Counted from the first letter of the stretch, positions 25,093-39,290 are shown. The stretch is 64,000 nucleotides of DNA from Leucoraja erinacea (GCF_028641065.1 NC_073400.1:19716001-19780000), one strand, 5' to 3'. Translations and numbers: made by a program. Notes: generated from the letters alone by a model not told the origin.

Positions 25093-25287
25093 GGGTATAG
25101 AATGAAGCACGCTGGTCTGGTCTTTCTTGGCACCAGTTGGCCCAGTACACAGACAGGTCAGCCAGTGTCAGTTGTTTTGGTCTCAGTATGCAGTAGCAAT
25201 GGATGATGATCATCACAATAAACACAATGATGATCCCAATGATGACAATGACGATCAGCACTATCACCAGCCACCGCAATCCTGTAG
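25093..25287 (-). CDS. Gene B exon 4: transmembrane and juxtamembrane segment (phase 1-1, 195 nt)
   Basis: Acceptor TCTTTTCTCCTCACCAG, donor C|GTGAGT. Peptide ATGLRWLVIVLIVIVIIGIIIVFIVMIIIHCYCILRPKQ...RASFYT. Confidence 0.88.
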
Positions 25288-26224
25288 CTGGTGAGGAGAA
25301 AAGACTCAGTGACTCCAACACCATCGTCTCTCCCAGTGACACGGGGTGAACAGATCCACTCCCACCCCATCCCACCCCAGTATCATGCCCCCACTGACAC
25401 TCCCATCTCTCCCCATTAAACAGGAAACCAGTGCCTGCCATCCTGTTTCTTCTCCCTGTAGAGCCAGGCCTGTTGGGCACGTCCCAGTGGCCAGAACCAC
25501 ATCAGCAACAGGTTGCACGGCCACAGTAGCTCAACCATCTCCCATCTTCCCCACGCCCTCACCCCACCTTATACTCCAACCCATCCCCTCCCTCCCAATT
25601 CACTGCCACCTATACTGACATTTATATGTCTCTCTGGTCTGGTGAAGTGTTCCTCATGTGAAACGTGAACTGTTTCTCTTTCCACGAATGCTTCGTGCTT
25701 TTGGGAAACTGCAGTGTTTTTTTATTTTCACTCCCCTCCTTTTCCTCCTCCACCCTCCATCTTCCTCAATTGCCTCAAATCTCCCCATACATCACTTCCC
25801 TCCAATCCCTCAATCCTCTTTCACCCTCCATCCAGAGCAATTCCCCTCTATCCTCTCCAATACCCCACTATCCTCTCCATTCACCCCTCACTCTACCCCC
25901 TCCACATATTACCCCAGTTTCTGAGAGAGAACAGTTGTTTTCATTTTTAAAGGAAATTCCATGATTACAAGCATCACACTAGGACAGTATACAATACAAT
26001 TGTACACATACAGGTACACAGGATTGTATTCAAACAGTATACAATCAACAAACCTCAAGTTACAACAACCTAATCTCGACACACTTGAGCCAGTGCAGTG
26101 TCCACTGCTCCCAGGCAGCCTCCAAAGGGCTAGTAGATGCTACACATTCCCTCTCAATGTCACCCAGATATGGACATAACTTCCGAAGAGGAACTGGTAG
26201 TCAAGGTGGAACTTTGTGTACCTG

Positions 26225-26510
26225 AGCCAGCTGCCTGCCCCTTTTCCGGGGTTACGTCCGTGCCCGGGTGGGATTAGAAAGGGAATACGCCCTGTCTACG
26301 GGCACCCTGAGGGAGTTCCGGGACCGCTGGGCTCCGCAGGGTGTTGAATGTATCCTCAATAAGGATTGTATCATAGTTGTATAGTAGTTTATTATGGATA
26401 CATGTTTGTATTGTATTATGGTGGTGGGTTCTGGCTTGTTTTATTGTAGTGTAAATATTATTTTTAATAATTGAATAAATTTTGTTGTAATAAAAAATAA
26501 AAAATAATAA
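26225..26510 (+). mobile_element. Tx1-like LINE 3' end
   Basis: CLPLFRGYVRARVGLEREYALSTGTLREFRDRWAPQG followed by a short UTR and A-rich tail. Confidence 0.7.
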
Positions 26511-27480
26511 TATGCAAACAGAGGCTGCAAACTCTCACATGCCATGTACATGTGAAACTGATTTTTTTCAGGCCTTGGAAGCAACAGAAACTATGAATCG
26601 CCTCACTCTACATCCTGCCTCAGGCAGACTTCAATCACACTATGGAAGAATTGGGCGCCACAATCATAAGCGCAACCGAGCGTATACAATGCCTTTCATT
26701 ATAAATGTGACGTGTTGCATTTCGGAAACATAATTGTCATACATTTTCCAGAGTCTAACCAGGATAGGATCCACACAGGGCTCTGGGGAGAGTTGTAGAG
26801 CAGTGACATCTAGAAGTGCAGGTACATACGTAGTTCTGTGAAAGTGGCATCACAGGGACAGGATGGTCAAGAAGGCTTTCGGCACACTGGCTTCATTAGT
26901 CAAGTATCAAATATAGAAGTTAGAAGGTATAGAATAGAAGTGCATTTGCTGGTTTAAATCAAAGACAGAAACAAAATGCAGGAGTAACTCAGCGAGACAG
27001 GCATTACGCTCTCTGGAGAGAAGAAATAAGTGATGTTTCGGCTTGAGATCCTTCAGCATAATTTCAGGGGAGTGGGTGGTACAGAGATAATATGTAGACA
27101 GAGACAGTAAGACTGGTAGGAGAACTGGGACGGGGGAGGAGGTGGAGAGAGAGGGAAAGCAAGGGCTACTTGAAGTTAGTGAAGTCAATGTTCATACCGC
27201 TGGGGTGTAAGCTGCCCGAGCGAAATATGCTGTTCCTCCAATTTGCATTGGGCGTCACTCTGACAATGGAGGAGGCGCAGGACAGAAAATTCAGTGTTGA
27301 AATGGGAGGGGTAGTTAAAGTATTGAGAAACTGGGAGATCAGGTAGGTTTAGGCGGACTAAGCAGAGGTGTTCAGCGAAATGATCGCCGAGCCTGCGCTT
27401 GGTCTCGCCGATACCAGGAGTCCACACCTGGAGCAGCGGATGCAGTAGATGATGTTGGAGGCGTTGCAAGTGAACCTCTG
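26511..27480. repeat. Inverted paralogue of 3365-4339; includes a Penelope GIY-YIG fragment (~27170-27480, minus)
   Basis: IGETKRRLGDHFAEHL peptide; reverse-complement match to 3365-4339. Confidence 0.9.
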
Positions 27481-28769
27481 CCTCACTGTAGAGTCCCTGT
27501 TTTCTCTACACTACCTGCCCCTCCACTATCTTTGTATCATCTGAAAGCCTTGCCACAAAGCCATCAACTCCCTCACCCAACCCACTTTCCATACTGGTAT
27601 ATTTGACTTTGAGTATAGTTTATTGTCACATGTGCTGAGGTACAGTGAAAAGCTTTTGTTGCAAGCTAACAAGTCAATAGAAAGACAATACGATTATAAT
27701 CAAAACATTCACCGTGTACAGATACATGATAAGCGAATACCGAATTATGTTTAGTACAAGGTAAAGCCAGTGAAGTGCAATCGCTGACCATTGATCCCCA
27801 CACACTTACACTATCATACACATATGTGACCACCGGGTGGCGCTGCTGCGGCTGCCTCGCAAACAGTCTGTCTCTCCCTTTTCCTTCTTTGTTGTCTTTA
27901 GTATGTATTAAATATGTTTTTTGGGTCCTTTAGCTTTGTTTTATGTGGGGGGGGGGGGGGGGTTGGGGGGAAACAGGAGCTTTTTTCTTCAAAAGGTCTC
28001 TTACCTCGACGGAGATGCGATTTTTTTTCGTATCGTACCTCTGCCCGTACTGAGGCGTAATATTGTGGAGCTGGCGGCCTCTAGCTGGGGATCGACTTTG
28101 GGATCTCCAACTGTGAGAGCCTGCAGGACTTAACATCGTGGAACTGGCAGACCCTGTCAAAGGAACCAACCAGTGTCCTCAAGATCACCATAGCCACCTC
28201 TTTGCTAGTTTCATTACATCTTGGTCCTCAGGGATGGGAGATAAACAGTGATCTTTCCACAGGAAATACAAACTCGAGGGGGGGGTGTCTACATAATTCA
28301 CTTCTGTTCCTCTTCGAGTGGGGTGGCTATTTTATTGGCTCCACCTTTCCAGCTGGAGACCTTGGAAGTCCAATGTCTTCTGCCAGGCAGTTTGCTTCAG
28401 ATCATCGTGTGCTTGTGCATGCTTTTGCACTTTGTGAACATTTTTTGCCCCCAGGACCTGCATAATACATGCTCTGATTTTGAGAGGAATTATATCTCTT
28501 GAGCTCCATTAACTGTGGTATTGTCTGAAGTGGTGGCTTTCAGTTCTATCCTCGAGGACGGGGAACCATTCGAGTCTCCACTGTGGCCAAGCATCGGTGA
28601 AGAAGTTGAATGTACTAATTGGCTGCTTTGACTTGATAATCACTTGGAGAAAATCTTCATTCCGACTCCAGCTTCCTCACCAGGAGGTCTGGACAAGGGG
28701 CTCTCAGAGCAGTAACCCCTGTAATGTTCACTGGCATATGTCCTCTGCATTTTGATGGTCGCCATAGAA

Positions 28770-29830
28770 CATAGAACAATACAACTCAAGAACATGCCCT
28801 TTGGCCCACAATGTCTGGCACTTAATCCATATATCTACATTCCCTGCATATCCAGATGCCTCTCCAAAAGTCTCTTATAGTATATATTTCTATCAGGTCT
28901 CTTCACAATCTCCTGTGTTCCAGAGAAAACAATCCAAGTGTCCAAACTCTCCTTGTAGTTAACACCCCTTAATATGGGCATTATTCTGTAAACCTCCTAT
29001 GCAAATTTTCCAAAGCCATCACATCCTTTCTGTAATGCGGCATCCAAAACTGGATGCAAAACACCAAATGTGGCTTAAACAGAAGCCTATAAAGCAGCAT
29101 AGTGACATGTTGACTCTCATACTCAATGCCCAGAATTATGAAACCAGGCACACAGTATGCATTCTTAACCACTACATTTACTTGTGTTGCCAGTTTCAGG
29201 AAGTTATGGACATGGACTCAAGATCTCTCTGTTGTTGAGGATCATGCCATTAATTGTATACTTACCGTTACATTTGACCTTCCAAAGTGCAACACCTCAC
29301 ATTTGCTTGGATTAAACTCCTTCTGCCATTTCTCCACCCATTTCTCTTGTTGACCTCTATCTCGCTGTATACATTGCCTGCCTTTTTCACAGTCCATGAC
29401 CCCAGTAATCCTGGTGTCATCTTCAAACTTACAAGCCAACCTGTCTACGTTTACACCCAAGTTATTTATATGTATAACAAACAACAGACGTTCGAGCACA
29501 GATCCCTGTGGAACTCCACTGGTCACAAACCTTCAGCCTGAATATTGTCCTTCCACCACAAGCCATTGTCTTCTATCTGTAAACCAGTTCTAAATCCATA
29601 GAAACAAGTCACTGTTAATCCTGTGCATCTTAATCCTCTGGATCATCCTAGCATCAGCCTATCAAATTCCTTCCTAAAATCCATGTACAAAGCTATTCTG
29701 ACTGTCCCTAATTAATCTATTCTCTACCAAATGGGAGTAAATTCTATCCTGAAGTAATATCTCCAATATCTTCCATACATCTGATGGGAGGCTCACCCGC
29801 TTATAATTCCCTGGATTCTCTCTATTTCCA
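28770..29830 (-). mobile_element. Old CR1 LINE
   Basis: [21 protein letters not shown] and KPHLVFCIQFW peptides, degenerate. Confidence 0.85.
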
Positions 29831-30200
29831 TTGAATGCCGCAAGAGCACCAATCTTGCTCTCAATTACAGCAAGGCCAAGGAGCTGAAACTTGACCTGCA
29901 AAGTTTCCTATACATGTTCTCCAGAGATGCTGCGTGACCCATTGAGATCCTTCAGCACGTTGTGCTACTTTTTGGAAACCAGCATCTGCAGTTCTTTGTT
30001 TCTATAAGAGATGGTTGTTGACTTTAGCAGGGAAAAGCCAAGGATCAACAAACCTGTTTTAATCAATGGGATGGCAATGGAAAGTGTCACAGCTTGATGT
30101 TCCTGGCCCCAACAAATCAATGAAATCATAAAAATAAACTCTCTGGGTACGAAGGAATCTCTGCTCCTTTCTAAAAACCAATTCCCCCTTTGACACTCAC

Positions 30201-30485
30201 CAGATGTGGGCTGTTTACAGACGTCTGTCAGGTAGATATGTGCCATGCCTGTACTGCCCGGGTTGGTGGCCTCACACCTGTACTCAACGTTCCTGTCCTC
30301 TGCTGTAGGATGAACCTCTATCGTCTCTCCTTGTCCCCGGAGGTGATGGATGCTGTCGTTTCCCAGAGCTTCTCCTCCCTTCCACCACATGAAGCTGGTG
30401 GGGTTGCCAGAGGTCACGGAGCAGTTCAGGTTGAAGTTGCAGATGCCCTTGTGCTGAACCGAGATCCGTGTTCCTGACACATGTT
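30201..30485 (-). CDS. Gene B exon 3: IgC2 domain (phase 1-1, 285 nt)
   Basis: Acceptor TTTCTTTGTCCCAACCCCAG, donor G|GTGAGT. Peptide EHVSGTRISV...ICNFNLNCSV...MWWKGG...YRCEATNPGS...DVCKQPTS has the four cysteines typical of CD2/SLAM C2 domains. The join gives LEVYEHVS. Confidence 0.92.
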
Positions 30486-33400
30486 CTGGGGTTGGGACAA
30501 AGAAATTAAAGATGAGTAAAAGACCCAGTTGTGGACATCTCAACAACCAACAACCTGCCCCCAACAGATGTAAGAGAACTTTAAGCCGATCCCAATTATT
30601 TCTACCCACCGGTTTAACTCTCCCCATCTCCTTCAGTTCAGACAGTTGTCGCTGGAGGAAGTCTACACGTGTGCTGCGCCCCCTTCCCAACCACTGTCCG
30701 CACTCATCCACAAACTCTCCACTGTGTCCTGTTTATGCCTCTGCATCATTGGAATTCTCTCTGGTTCCATATTATTTTATCAAGTGGTAAAATAGAAATA
30801 AAAGCAGGAGAAGGGTATTCGGCCCCTTGTTTTTCCTGCCACATAAGATCACGGCCCTTTCTTTTCCTTCAGCACCAGTTTCCTGCACTTTCCGTCCATT
30901 TCCATCACACACGCAATCCCAAGGATCTGTCTTGAATGTGCTCAGTAACTGAACCCCCACGAGGTTCAGTCCCTCTGGATGAAATATTCTCCATCTCTGT
31001 CCTGAATGGTCACGTGGGTTTTCTCCGGGTGCTCCGGTTTCCCCCCACACCCCAAAGAAGTTGATACAAAAAGCTGGAATTACGCAGCGGGTCAGACAGC
31101 ATCTCTGGAGAAATGGAACAGGTGACGTTTCGGGTCAAGCCCCTTCTGATTAACATGGGTCTGAAGAATATTATCAACTCGAACCGTCACCTTTCCTTTT
31201 CTCCAGATATGCTGCTCCACCCACTGCTTTTTGTGTCTATCTTCAGCTTAAACCAGCATCTGCTGTTCCTTCTTACACAGGTTTGTAGGTTAATTGGCTT
31301 CGGTAAAATTGTAAATTGTCCCTAATGGCTAGGATAATGCTTGAGTGTACGAGGTGAATGCTGGTTGGTGTGGACTCGATGGGCCGAAAAGCCTGGTTTA
31401 ACGCTGTATCTCTAAAGTCTAGAAAACCCTGACTCTCAGATGGTGGCTCCTGGTCCCAGAAACCGCAGCAGGGGAAATCCCCCTCACCACACCCACCCTG
31501 CTGAGTCCTGGAAGGAAGTTTCAGTGAGATCACCTCATCTTTCTCTCAATTCCAAAGTCTGCTTCATCCTCCCATGAGGCAAACCCACTAGTCACGGGAA
31601 TTGATCTGGTGGTTCCTTGCTGCACTTCCTCAGACACCATTAGATCCTTTCCCAGGGTGGAGGGGGTACAGGACCTGTCCACAAAATTCCACATGTGGTG
31701 TCACCAGCACTCTGCTAATGAATTGCTGGCTGTATCTGTGGGATAACTTTCACTGATTCCTGTGCAAGGAAACACTGATTCTTCCGAACAACAACATCTT
31801 AAGTCTCTCCGCATTAAATAATGATTCTGCTTTTCTATTATCCCTACACTGTGGATGACCACACATTTCCATGTTATAATCCTGCCGTGTCCCTGCCCAT
31901 GTATTTATCCTGATCCTATCTTCCAAAGATTTTCTACATCCACTCCACAGCCCCCACAGCACAGAGTTTTAGAGCTTGGGTAGGTTACACTCGATTCCCC
32001 CGTCCATTACAGGGATACAGATCCCTGCACCACCTCATTAGTCGCAATCTCCCAACATGAAAATAGCCCCCACACTCCTGCATTGTTTTTGTCTGTTAAC
32101 CAAACCAAACTCCACTCCAAGCTGGGAAGGATGCAGTGAAGATGTACGAGGATGTTCCCAAGACTTGAGGACCTGAACTACAGGGAGAAGTTGAGCAGGC
32201 TGACTCTATTCCTTGGAACGCAGTAGAATGAGGGGCGATCTTACAGAGGTGTACAAAATCATGAGAGGAATAGATCGGGTAAATGCAGAATCTCTTGCCC
32301 CGAGTAGGGGAATCAAGAACCTGAGGACATAGGTTTAAGGTGAGAGGTAAAAGATTTAATAGGAACCTGAGGGGTATCTTTTTCACACAAAGGGTGTTGG
32401 GAGTATGGATTGAGCTGCCAGAGGAGGTAGAAGGGGCTGGTACTATCGCTATAAGAAACATTTAAACCGGTACATGGATAGGATATGTTTAGACAGATAT
32501 GGAAGGTTTAGAGGGTCTGTGATGGGCACAGACCCAGACTGGGATAGCGTGCCGTGTTCCAGAGTGAATCCGGCACCGTGCAGATCCCGGGTCACACACC
32601 CTCTCCCCCACAGAGACTCAATCAGCTCACAGATCAGGGGGTGTAATCATCAAATTATTCCGATCTGCTGTGGGGCACATTTTTGGAATCAGAATGGAGA
32701 ATAAATCACAAAGGATAGAGCAGAGATCTACAGAGACAGAATAACAAGGTCATGGAAAGCAAAGTAGTCCAGTCCATCTAAGTAAGATCAAAATTGATCA
32801 GCCATGATCATATTGAATGGTGGTGCAGGCTCGAAGGGCCGAATGGCCTACTCCTGCACCTATTTTCTATGTTTCTAAAACAACAAAAAAATACTGCAGA
32901 TGCTGGAACCAGAAGCAAATACAAAACTGCTGGGGATCTCAGGCATCATCCTCCGTGGGTTTGACAGTAGCGCAGTGGTAGAGTTGCTGCATTCCTACAG
33001 CAAGGACCTGGGATTAATTCTGACTATGGGTGCTGTCTGTATGGAGTTTGTGTGTTCTCCCTGTGATCACATGGGATTTCTCTGGGTGCTCCGGTTTCCT
33101 CCCCCATTCCACAGACATGCAGGTTTGTAGGTTAATTGGCTTCCATAAATTGTCCTTAGTGTGTGATCGTTGGTTGGCGTGGACTAGATGGGCCGAAGCG
33201 CCTGTTTCCATGCTGTATCGATAAACCAAACTAAATTAAACTAATCTGTGGAGTGCCATGAATTAATTATTTTTTTAGTAGAGATTGAGACTCAGGACTG
33301 AGATTGTAGAGGAGAGATGGCCAGGGCATAGACGCGAGAGTGAGGGGTGAGTTAGGAGTTGGCAGACCACACAGAGAGCATGGCACACAGTTCTGGTTCC

Positions 33401-34357
33401 CGTATCCTTGGGTTGCACTGGCGAGACATGCAACTGGATCTGGAGCACAGGTCTTCCATACTATAGCTGTGATGTTGTCAGGAAACACTGCTCTCCCCAG
33501 GGCTCTCAACCATTTCCTGGGATCACATGGACTGAACTGAATAGTCCGGGGACAGTTCTGTGTTGGAGGGATCACAGACGGAAGCAGAGGGAGATCATCC
33601 ACTCACACCTCCGGCTGTGGAGGGGCATGTTTGTGGGTGATCAGCCTTGTCTCCAGCACTCACATGCAGGGTTCCCGCATCGCTGAGAATGGTGATGTTC
33701 TTAAAGACTCCTCACCACATGAGCTGTTGAATTGTCCACCACTAGTCATGACCAGATACGAGATGACTGTAGAGCTGTGACCTGAGCCATGGGCAGTGCG
33801 GTCCCTTAGCTCTATTTCATGCGGCTGTTTTTGCTGATGAGCTCGCACGTCGCCCTGTGTCACAGCTTCATCAGGCTGGCACCTCGTCGTGCTTAGCTAC
33901 ACCTGGTGCTGCTTCCAGCATGTCATCTGCGCTCCTCAGTGAACCAGGGATAACCCCCACTGGGTGACAGTAATGGTGGTGTGAGGGATGTGCTGGACTA
34001 TGAGATTACAGGCTGTGTGCAGGACATTTCTGCTGATGATGGTCCACAGCACCCCATGAATCCCAGTGTTCAGTTGTTGGGCCTGTTTTGACGGTGCTCA
34101 GCTCCTCCAGCCTCGGAGCCATGAGGTTCCCCGTTGACAGCTCGATCCTTCGCGGCCCCTTACCCAGTCTCCAGGGATGTCCCCCAGCTTGGCACTGCCC
34201 CAGTCCCATTACATTGGGACCGTCACCCCCCACTCTGGACACTGGCAGTCAGTGGGATTCAGTAAACAATGTACAGTATCAGCCTTCATCATTTATGTGG
34301 GATGAGGGGTTTCATTAAATGGTTAAACCCACACCCCTTGGTGGCGGTCTCACTCAC

Positions 34358-34675
34358 CGTATACCTCCAGTTGGACTGTGGACACATTCTTTGCTCCCGT
34401 ATCCAGTATTACAGTTACCTCGTAATCTCCCGTGTCCTGTGTCTGTAGGCTTAAAATTTCCAGACTGAAGTCATTGGGATGAAGATTTACTCGTCCCTTG
34501 TAATTGTTGTTATAGGTTTTAATTTTCCCGTTCTTATATTCCAGTACCCTGGTTCTGGATGACATGTGTTTCCACACAATCTCAAGATTGCTCACTTTGA
34601 CTCGAAGCCCAGAAGGTAACAAGGCCTTTTGTCCCACAGTTCCGATCACAGGGCCAGGGTCAGCCCCAGTCCCAG
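34358..34675 (-). CDS. Gene B exon 2: cysteine-less IgV domain (phase 1-1, 318 nt)
   Basis: Same splice sites as the gene A IgV exon. SGTGADPGPVIGTVGQKALLP...EIVWK...DTGDYEV...VQLEVY; about 81% amino-acid identity to gene A by hand alignment. Confidence 0.92.
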
Positions 34676-36309
34676 CTGAGGAGACAAGAGAGGAGGTCAG
34701 CAGAAGAACACAATAACTGGATGTGGAACTTTACATGATCAAACTCAGGTCTCTGGCGCTGTAAGGCACCAACTCCACCACTGCGCTACTATGTTGCCTT
34801 CAGACTTGACTAATGAATAGCAGATTATCAATTAACTCTTCCATTTTACACAATATTGGGTCTAAAATTGCCCTCTTCATCATTGGTTCCTGAACATGTT
34901 GAACTATAAAACTATCCTTGCGTTTGTTCCTCTATGGTGTCATCAAACTAACAGCATTGAAATAGGCCATTCGGCTCAACAAGTCTAGGCTGAACAAGTT
35001 GCCAAAGTGAGCTAGTCCACCTTGCCTGCATTTTGACTACATCACTCAAAATCTTTCTTATCCATACACCTGTCCAAGTGTCTTTTAAATGTCGTAATTA
35101 TATCTGCCTCTATATCTATTGGCAGCTTGTTCCATATACACACCACCCACAATGTGAAAAAGCTGTCTACAAAGTCCTTTTTAATTCTTTCTTCTCTCAC
35201 TTTAAATATATTACCTTTAGATTTATATTCCCCTACTCTGGGAAAAGACTATGTTTATTCACTTTATCTGTGCCTATCACAATTTTATAAGCATCTATAA
35301 GCTGACCCCTCAATCTCTTATGCTCCAGCGTAAAAAGTGTAGCCTATCCAGCCTCTCCTTTTTTGACTGGATAGGAAAGATTTAGTGGGATGTGGGCCAA
35401 ATGCAGGAAGGTAGGACTGGCGTGCATGGGGCACGGTCGGCATGGGCATGTTGGGCCAATGGGTCTGATTCCGAATTGTATGACTCTATGATGCTATAAC
35501 TCAAACCAGGTAACATGTATCGTAAGTTTTTATTTGCATCTTTTCCTGTTTAATTTATCATCCAACAGCATTGAGATCAGAACTATTGCACTACTTTACT
35601 AGTGGCATTATCAATATCCTGTACAGCTGTAATATGCCCTGCACTTAATATCCTGACTGATGAAAGCAAATGTGCCAAATACCTCCTTTTTCCACCCTGT
35701 CCAGCTGTTTTGATACTATGTGCCTCCACCCCTAGGTCTCTCTGTCCTACAATACCTATCTACTATTTACTATGTAAGTCCTGCTCTGGTTTGTCCTACC
35801 AAAGTAAAATACTTCACATTTATCTGAATTAAACTCGATCTGTCATTCCTCAACCCTCTGGCCTAGTTGATCAGGATCCCATTGTAATCATGGATAATCT
35901 TCTTCACGTCCACTATACACCAATTTTAGTTTCATATACAAACCTACCAATAATGCCAGCTGGTTCTCATCCAAATTGTTAATATAAATGTTGAACAACC
36001 CAGTACCCATTCCTGCAGCACACCTAGAGTCATAGACCTCCGGTCTTAAAACAAATGCATATCACTACCCAGTCACTTCTACCATCAAGCCAATTATATT
36101 TCAATTATGACACCATGTGATATAACTTTCTGGACAGCTTACCAAGTGGCACCTTGTCAAAGGCCTTGTTAAAGTCCACATTGGCAAGACCCATCATGCT
36201 ATCTTCATCTTTCTAGTCACCTTGTCAAAAACTCACTCAAATTCCTGAGACACAAATTCTCAAGCACAAAGCCATAGTAACCATCCCTATTCAGTCTTTG
36301 TCTTTCCAA

Positions 36310-37230
36310 AAGGACAAAGGACATTTATTGTCACATACACCAATTGGTGCAGTGAAATTTGAGTTACTGTACCAATTGGTATATGTTATACAATTATTAT
36401 ACAATTATTCATTGTCATTTGAACCTCAAATGAAGTTCAAACGAAATTTGGTTTCTGCGGTCATACAACAAGAAAAGAACCAAGAACCGCAACCAACACA
36501 ATTTACACAAACATCCATCACAGTGAATCTCCTCCTCACTGTGATGGAAGGCAAAGTCTTGTCTCTCCCGAGTTCCATTCTTCTCCCGATGTTAAAGTCC
36601 CCGGCGGGCGATGGGAAGTCCCACGGCCGTTAAGGCTGCGCCGGGCGATGTAAGGTCCGCTCCGGGTCTTAATGTTGGAACCCAGGCGGGCGATGGTAAG
36701 TCCCGCGGCCGTTAAAGCCACGCCGGGCGATGTAAGGCCCAGCTCTGGGTCACTTTCAACCCCGCAACTTGGGCGGGAGAAGTTGCTGTTGCGGGTGCTC
36801 CAAAAAGCAGTCTCCCACCTGGGACCCGCGAGCTCCCGATGTCACCGTCCACCGATCCTGCGGCTGAAGCCTCTGAGATCCGGAGTCGGGTCGCAGCCGC
36901 GCATCACCACAACTCTCCACACTCCGAAGCCGGCCAGCCCCACGATGGTAAATTCGCAGGCTCCGTGACTGGAGCCTCCAGGTCGTTCCGGTTGGTGGCC
37001 GCTCCACGGTGCTGGGCCCCAACGACAACGGAAAAGGTCGGGTCTCCTGTACAGGGAAGAGATGAAAAGTTTCCTCTACCCCCCCCCCCCCGCCTCCCAC
37101 ATATGCACAGCTAAAAACAATATAAAAACTAGTACAAACTATACATTCAACGGGACAAAAATTAAAAAAAAGACAGACGGACTGCAGAGGCCGCTGCAAC
37201 GTTGGTCGCGCCGCCCAATGTGACAAAAGC
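36310..37230 (-). mobile_element. GC-rich non-autonomous retroposon-like repeat; related heads at ~27830-28160 and ~59495-59700 (plus)
   Basis: Shared head (gcggc..c.c.gcagtc.gtctgtc followed by a T-run, a G-run and ggaaactttt). Internal short tandem repeats at 36600-36740. Confidence 0.55.
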
Positions 37231-38554
37231 ACGCAACGTCCCTTCAATAACTTATTGATGTCACTCATTGGTCTGTACTTCCCAGCCTTGTCCTGCAGTC
37301 CGTCTTAAATAAAGACACAATTTGCCCACCCTCCAGTCTGCCAACACCTCACCATTGCTATCGCTGATACTAATATCTCTGCTAGGCGCATCATAAATTC
37401 TTCCCTACCTTGCTACAATGTCCTACGATACACTTAATTAGGTCCTGAGGATTTATCTTTATATGTTTTAAGACGTCCAGTAGTGGTGTAATGCTCCTCT
37501 GATATAATGTGCTCTCTTCAAGTCATCACTATTGACTTCCCCGTGCTCGCTAACATGCATGAAAGGCATAGGGATGGGAAATCATTAAGGACCTTGTCCA
37601 TCTCCTGTGGCTCCACACAGAGGACCTTCACATCACTCTCAGTCTATGTGTGGATTTGGGTCTTCCTGGTCACTGCATTGCCCTTGTTACATGCACCTCC
37701 GATTCTTAAAATAATCTAAACCCTGTATTCCCACAGTGTCTGGGTGCTTGCACCCATTGCCTCCTACCATTCATTTTTGCCACTGTTACAGTCTCTAAAA
37801 TATATAGGAAGGCTGAATTCATCCTGAAATCAGGTGAGTAGTGTCACTCGTCCTGAACAAGGCTCTCAATGTATCAGACCACATGGGGGCCATGGCAAAG
37901 AAGGTTGTAATGTGCAATGTTACGGAGAAAGAGTTGGAGCTGCCTCCACTTGTAAGGAATTTGTCAATTTTATCACCTTTGCTATTCACCTCCAGACTGT
38001 CCTCAAATTTGATTAGACTATTTCAGACACTTCTCTCCCCTTCCTATCTGTCTCATCTCCGGAAGCAAATTATCCCTTTATATTTACAATCAATCCACTG
38101 AATCCCATGTGGACTAACCTCTTCCACCTGTCTCCTGTGAGAACACCATCTCTTTCTTTCAGTTTCTCCATCTCCACTACATCTGTTGTCAAGATGAGGC
38201 TTTCCATGCAAGTAATCTTACATGTTCTCCATTCTCAAGAAACACGACTCCCCGTTCTGCAACCTGCATCTCCTCCATTTTATAGACTTCTGGTTTCAAC
38301 GTGCCTCTCCCAGAGAAAAACAAGAAATACCTCCCCGGTCCTTAAATTTCACCTTCCCATGCAAGCATTGTCATATTTTACAGGTATCTGTGTCATTGCC
38401 TCAAGACTGCAGCGTAATCTTCGAGTTTCACTCAGTATCTAAACCTGTGTCCTAGATCTGTGTAAGTTTAGAGGGAGTTTTATTCTGTTTTTAATCTCTG
38501 CCCCATTGGTGATGGGACATTATACAGGGAGTTTTACTCTGCATCTGAGGAGTT

Positions 38555-39076
38555 GTGTTAAATCCTGCTATGGAAAGATTGAGACAGCCAATGTCACTAA
38601 TTCTATTAAATGTCTTACCTTAAGATTTGAGCTTGCATGTGCAAAAAGCCTACTAACACAAATAGCAGAACCACTACCCTTGTACAACTTGCAGACATGC
38701 AGAATGACTAACTGATTTTAGCAAAGAATGGAAAACAAACAACTTCATAATTGGAGGTGATCAACTTTAAGCAACTTTGCTGATAACCAACTTTAAACAA
38801 AGGGTGAAAAACAACCCCATATTTGAAGAAGAACCAATGACATCATGCTAATGGATGACTGATGTAAAGGAATATGTGAAAGAAATGTAATTGGATAAGA
38901 AGGGGGAAGGAAAGCTTTGTTTAAAAAGGTGTATAAGGTAATGCCTGAAGAAGAGGAGTAGCTACTCTTTGCCAGGTTACCTGGTCTATGGTCGGGTGAA
39001 CTGATGTAAAGACTCTGCTCAATAAAAACGTACGTTTTTGGGAACCCAGTGGTCTGGTCGATTATTGTCGCAACAA
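38555..39076 (+). mobile_element. Possible solo LTR in gene B intron 1
   Basis: TG...CAACA bracket, TATA-like gtataag (~38931) and AATAAA (~39021). No TSD found. Confidence 0.35.
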
Positions 39077-39184
39077 CCGATGGAAAAAGGCTTGAATCCT
39101 CACATCCAACCTATGCCCTGGGACTGTGGCAGTGCAGAGCAAGAACAAGCATTGAAATTCACCAAGAAATGATAAGCCTGAAAC

Positions 39185-39290
39185 TCTTGTTCAGCCTAAG
39201 CCCTTGTGAGAGATCAGAAACCTGCTGTTAAGCTGCGATAAGGGAGGGCGTTTACTCAAACGATCAAATGGTGGCAGGAAGTGGTTTGCA
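39185..39290. promoter_or_regulatory. Conserved intron-1 element, second and more diverged gene B copy
   Basis: gggagggcgtttactcaaacgatcaaatggtggcaggaagtggtt matches the reverse complement of 63098-63146. Confidence 0.5.
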
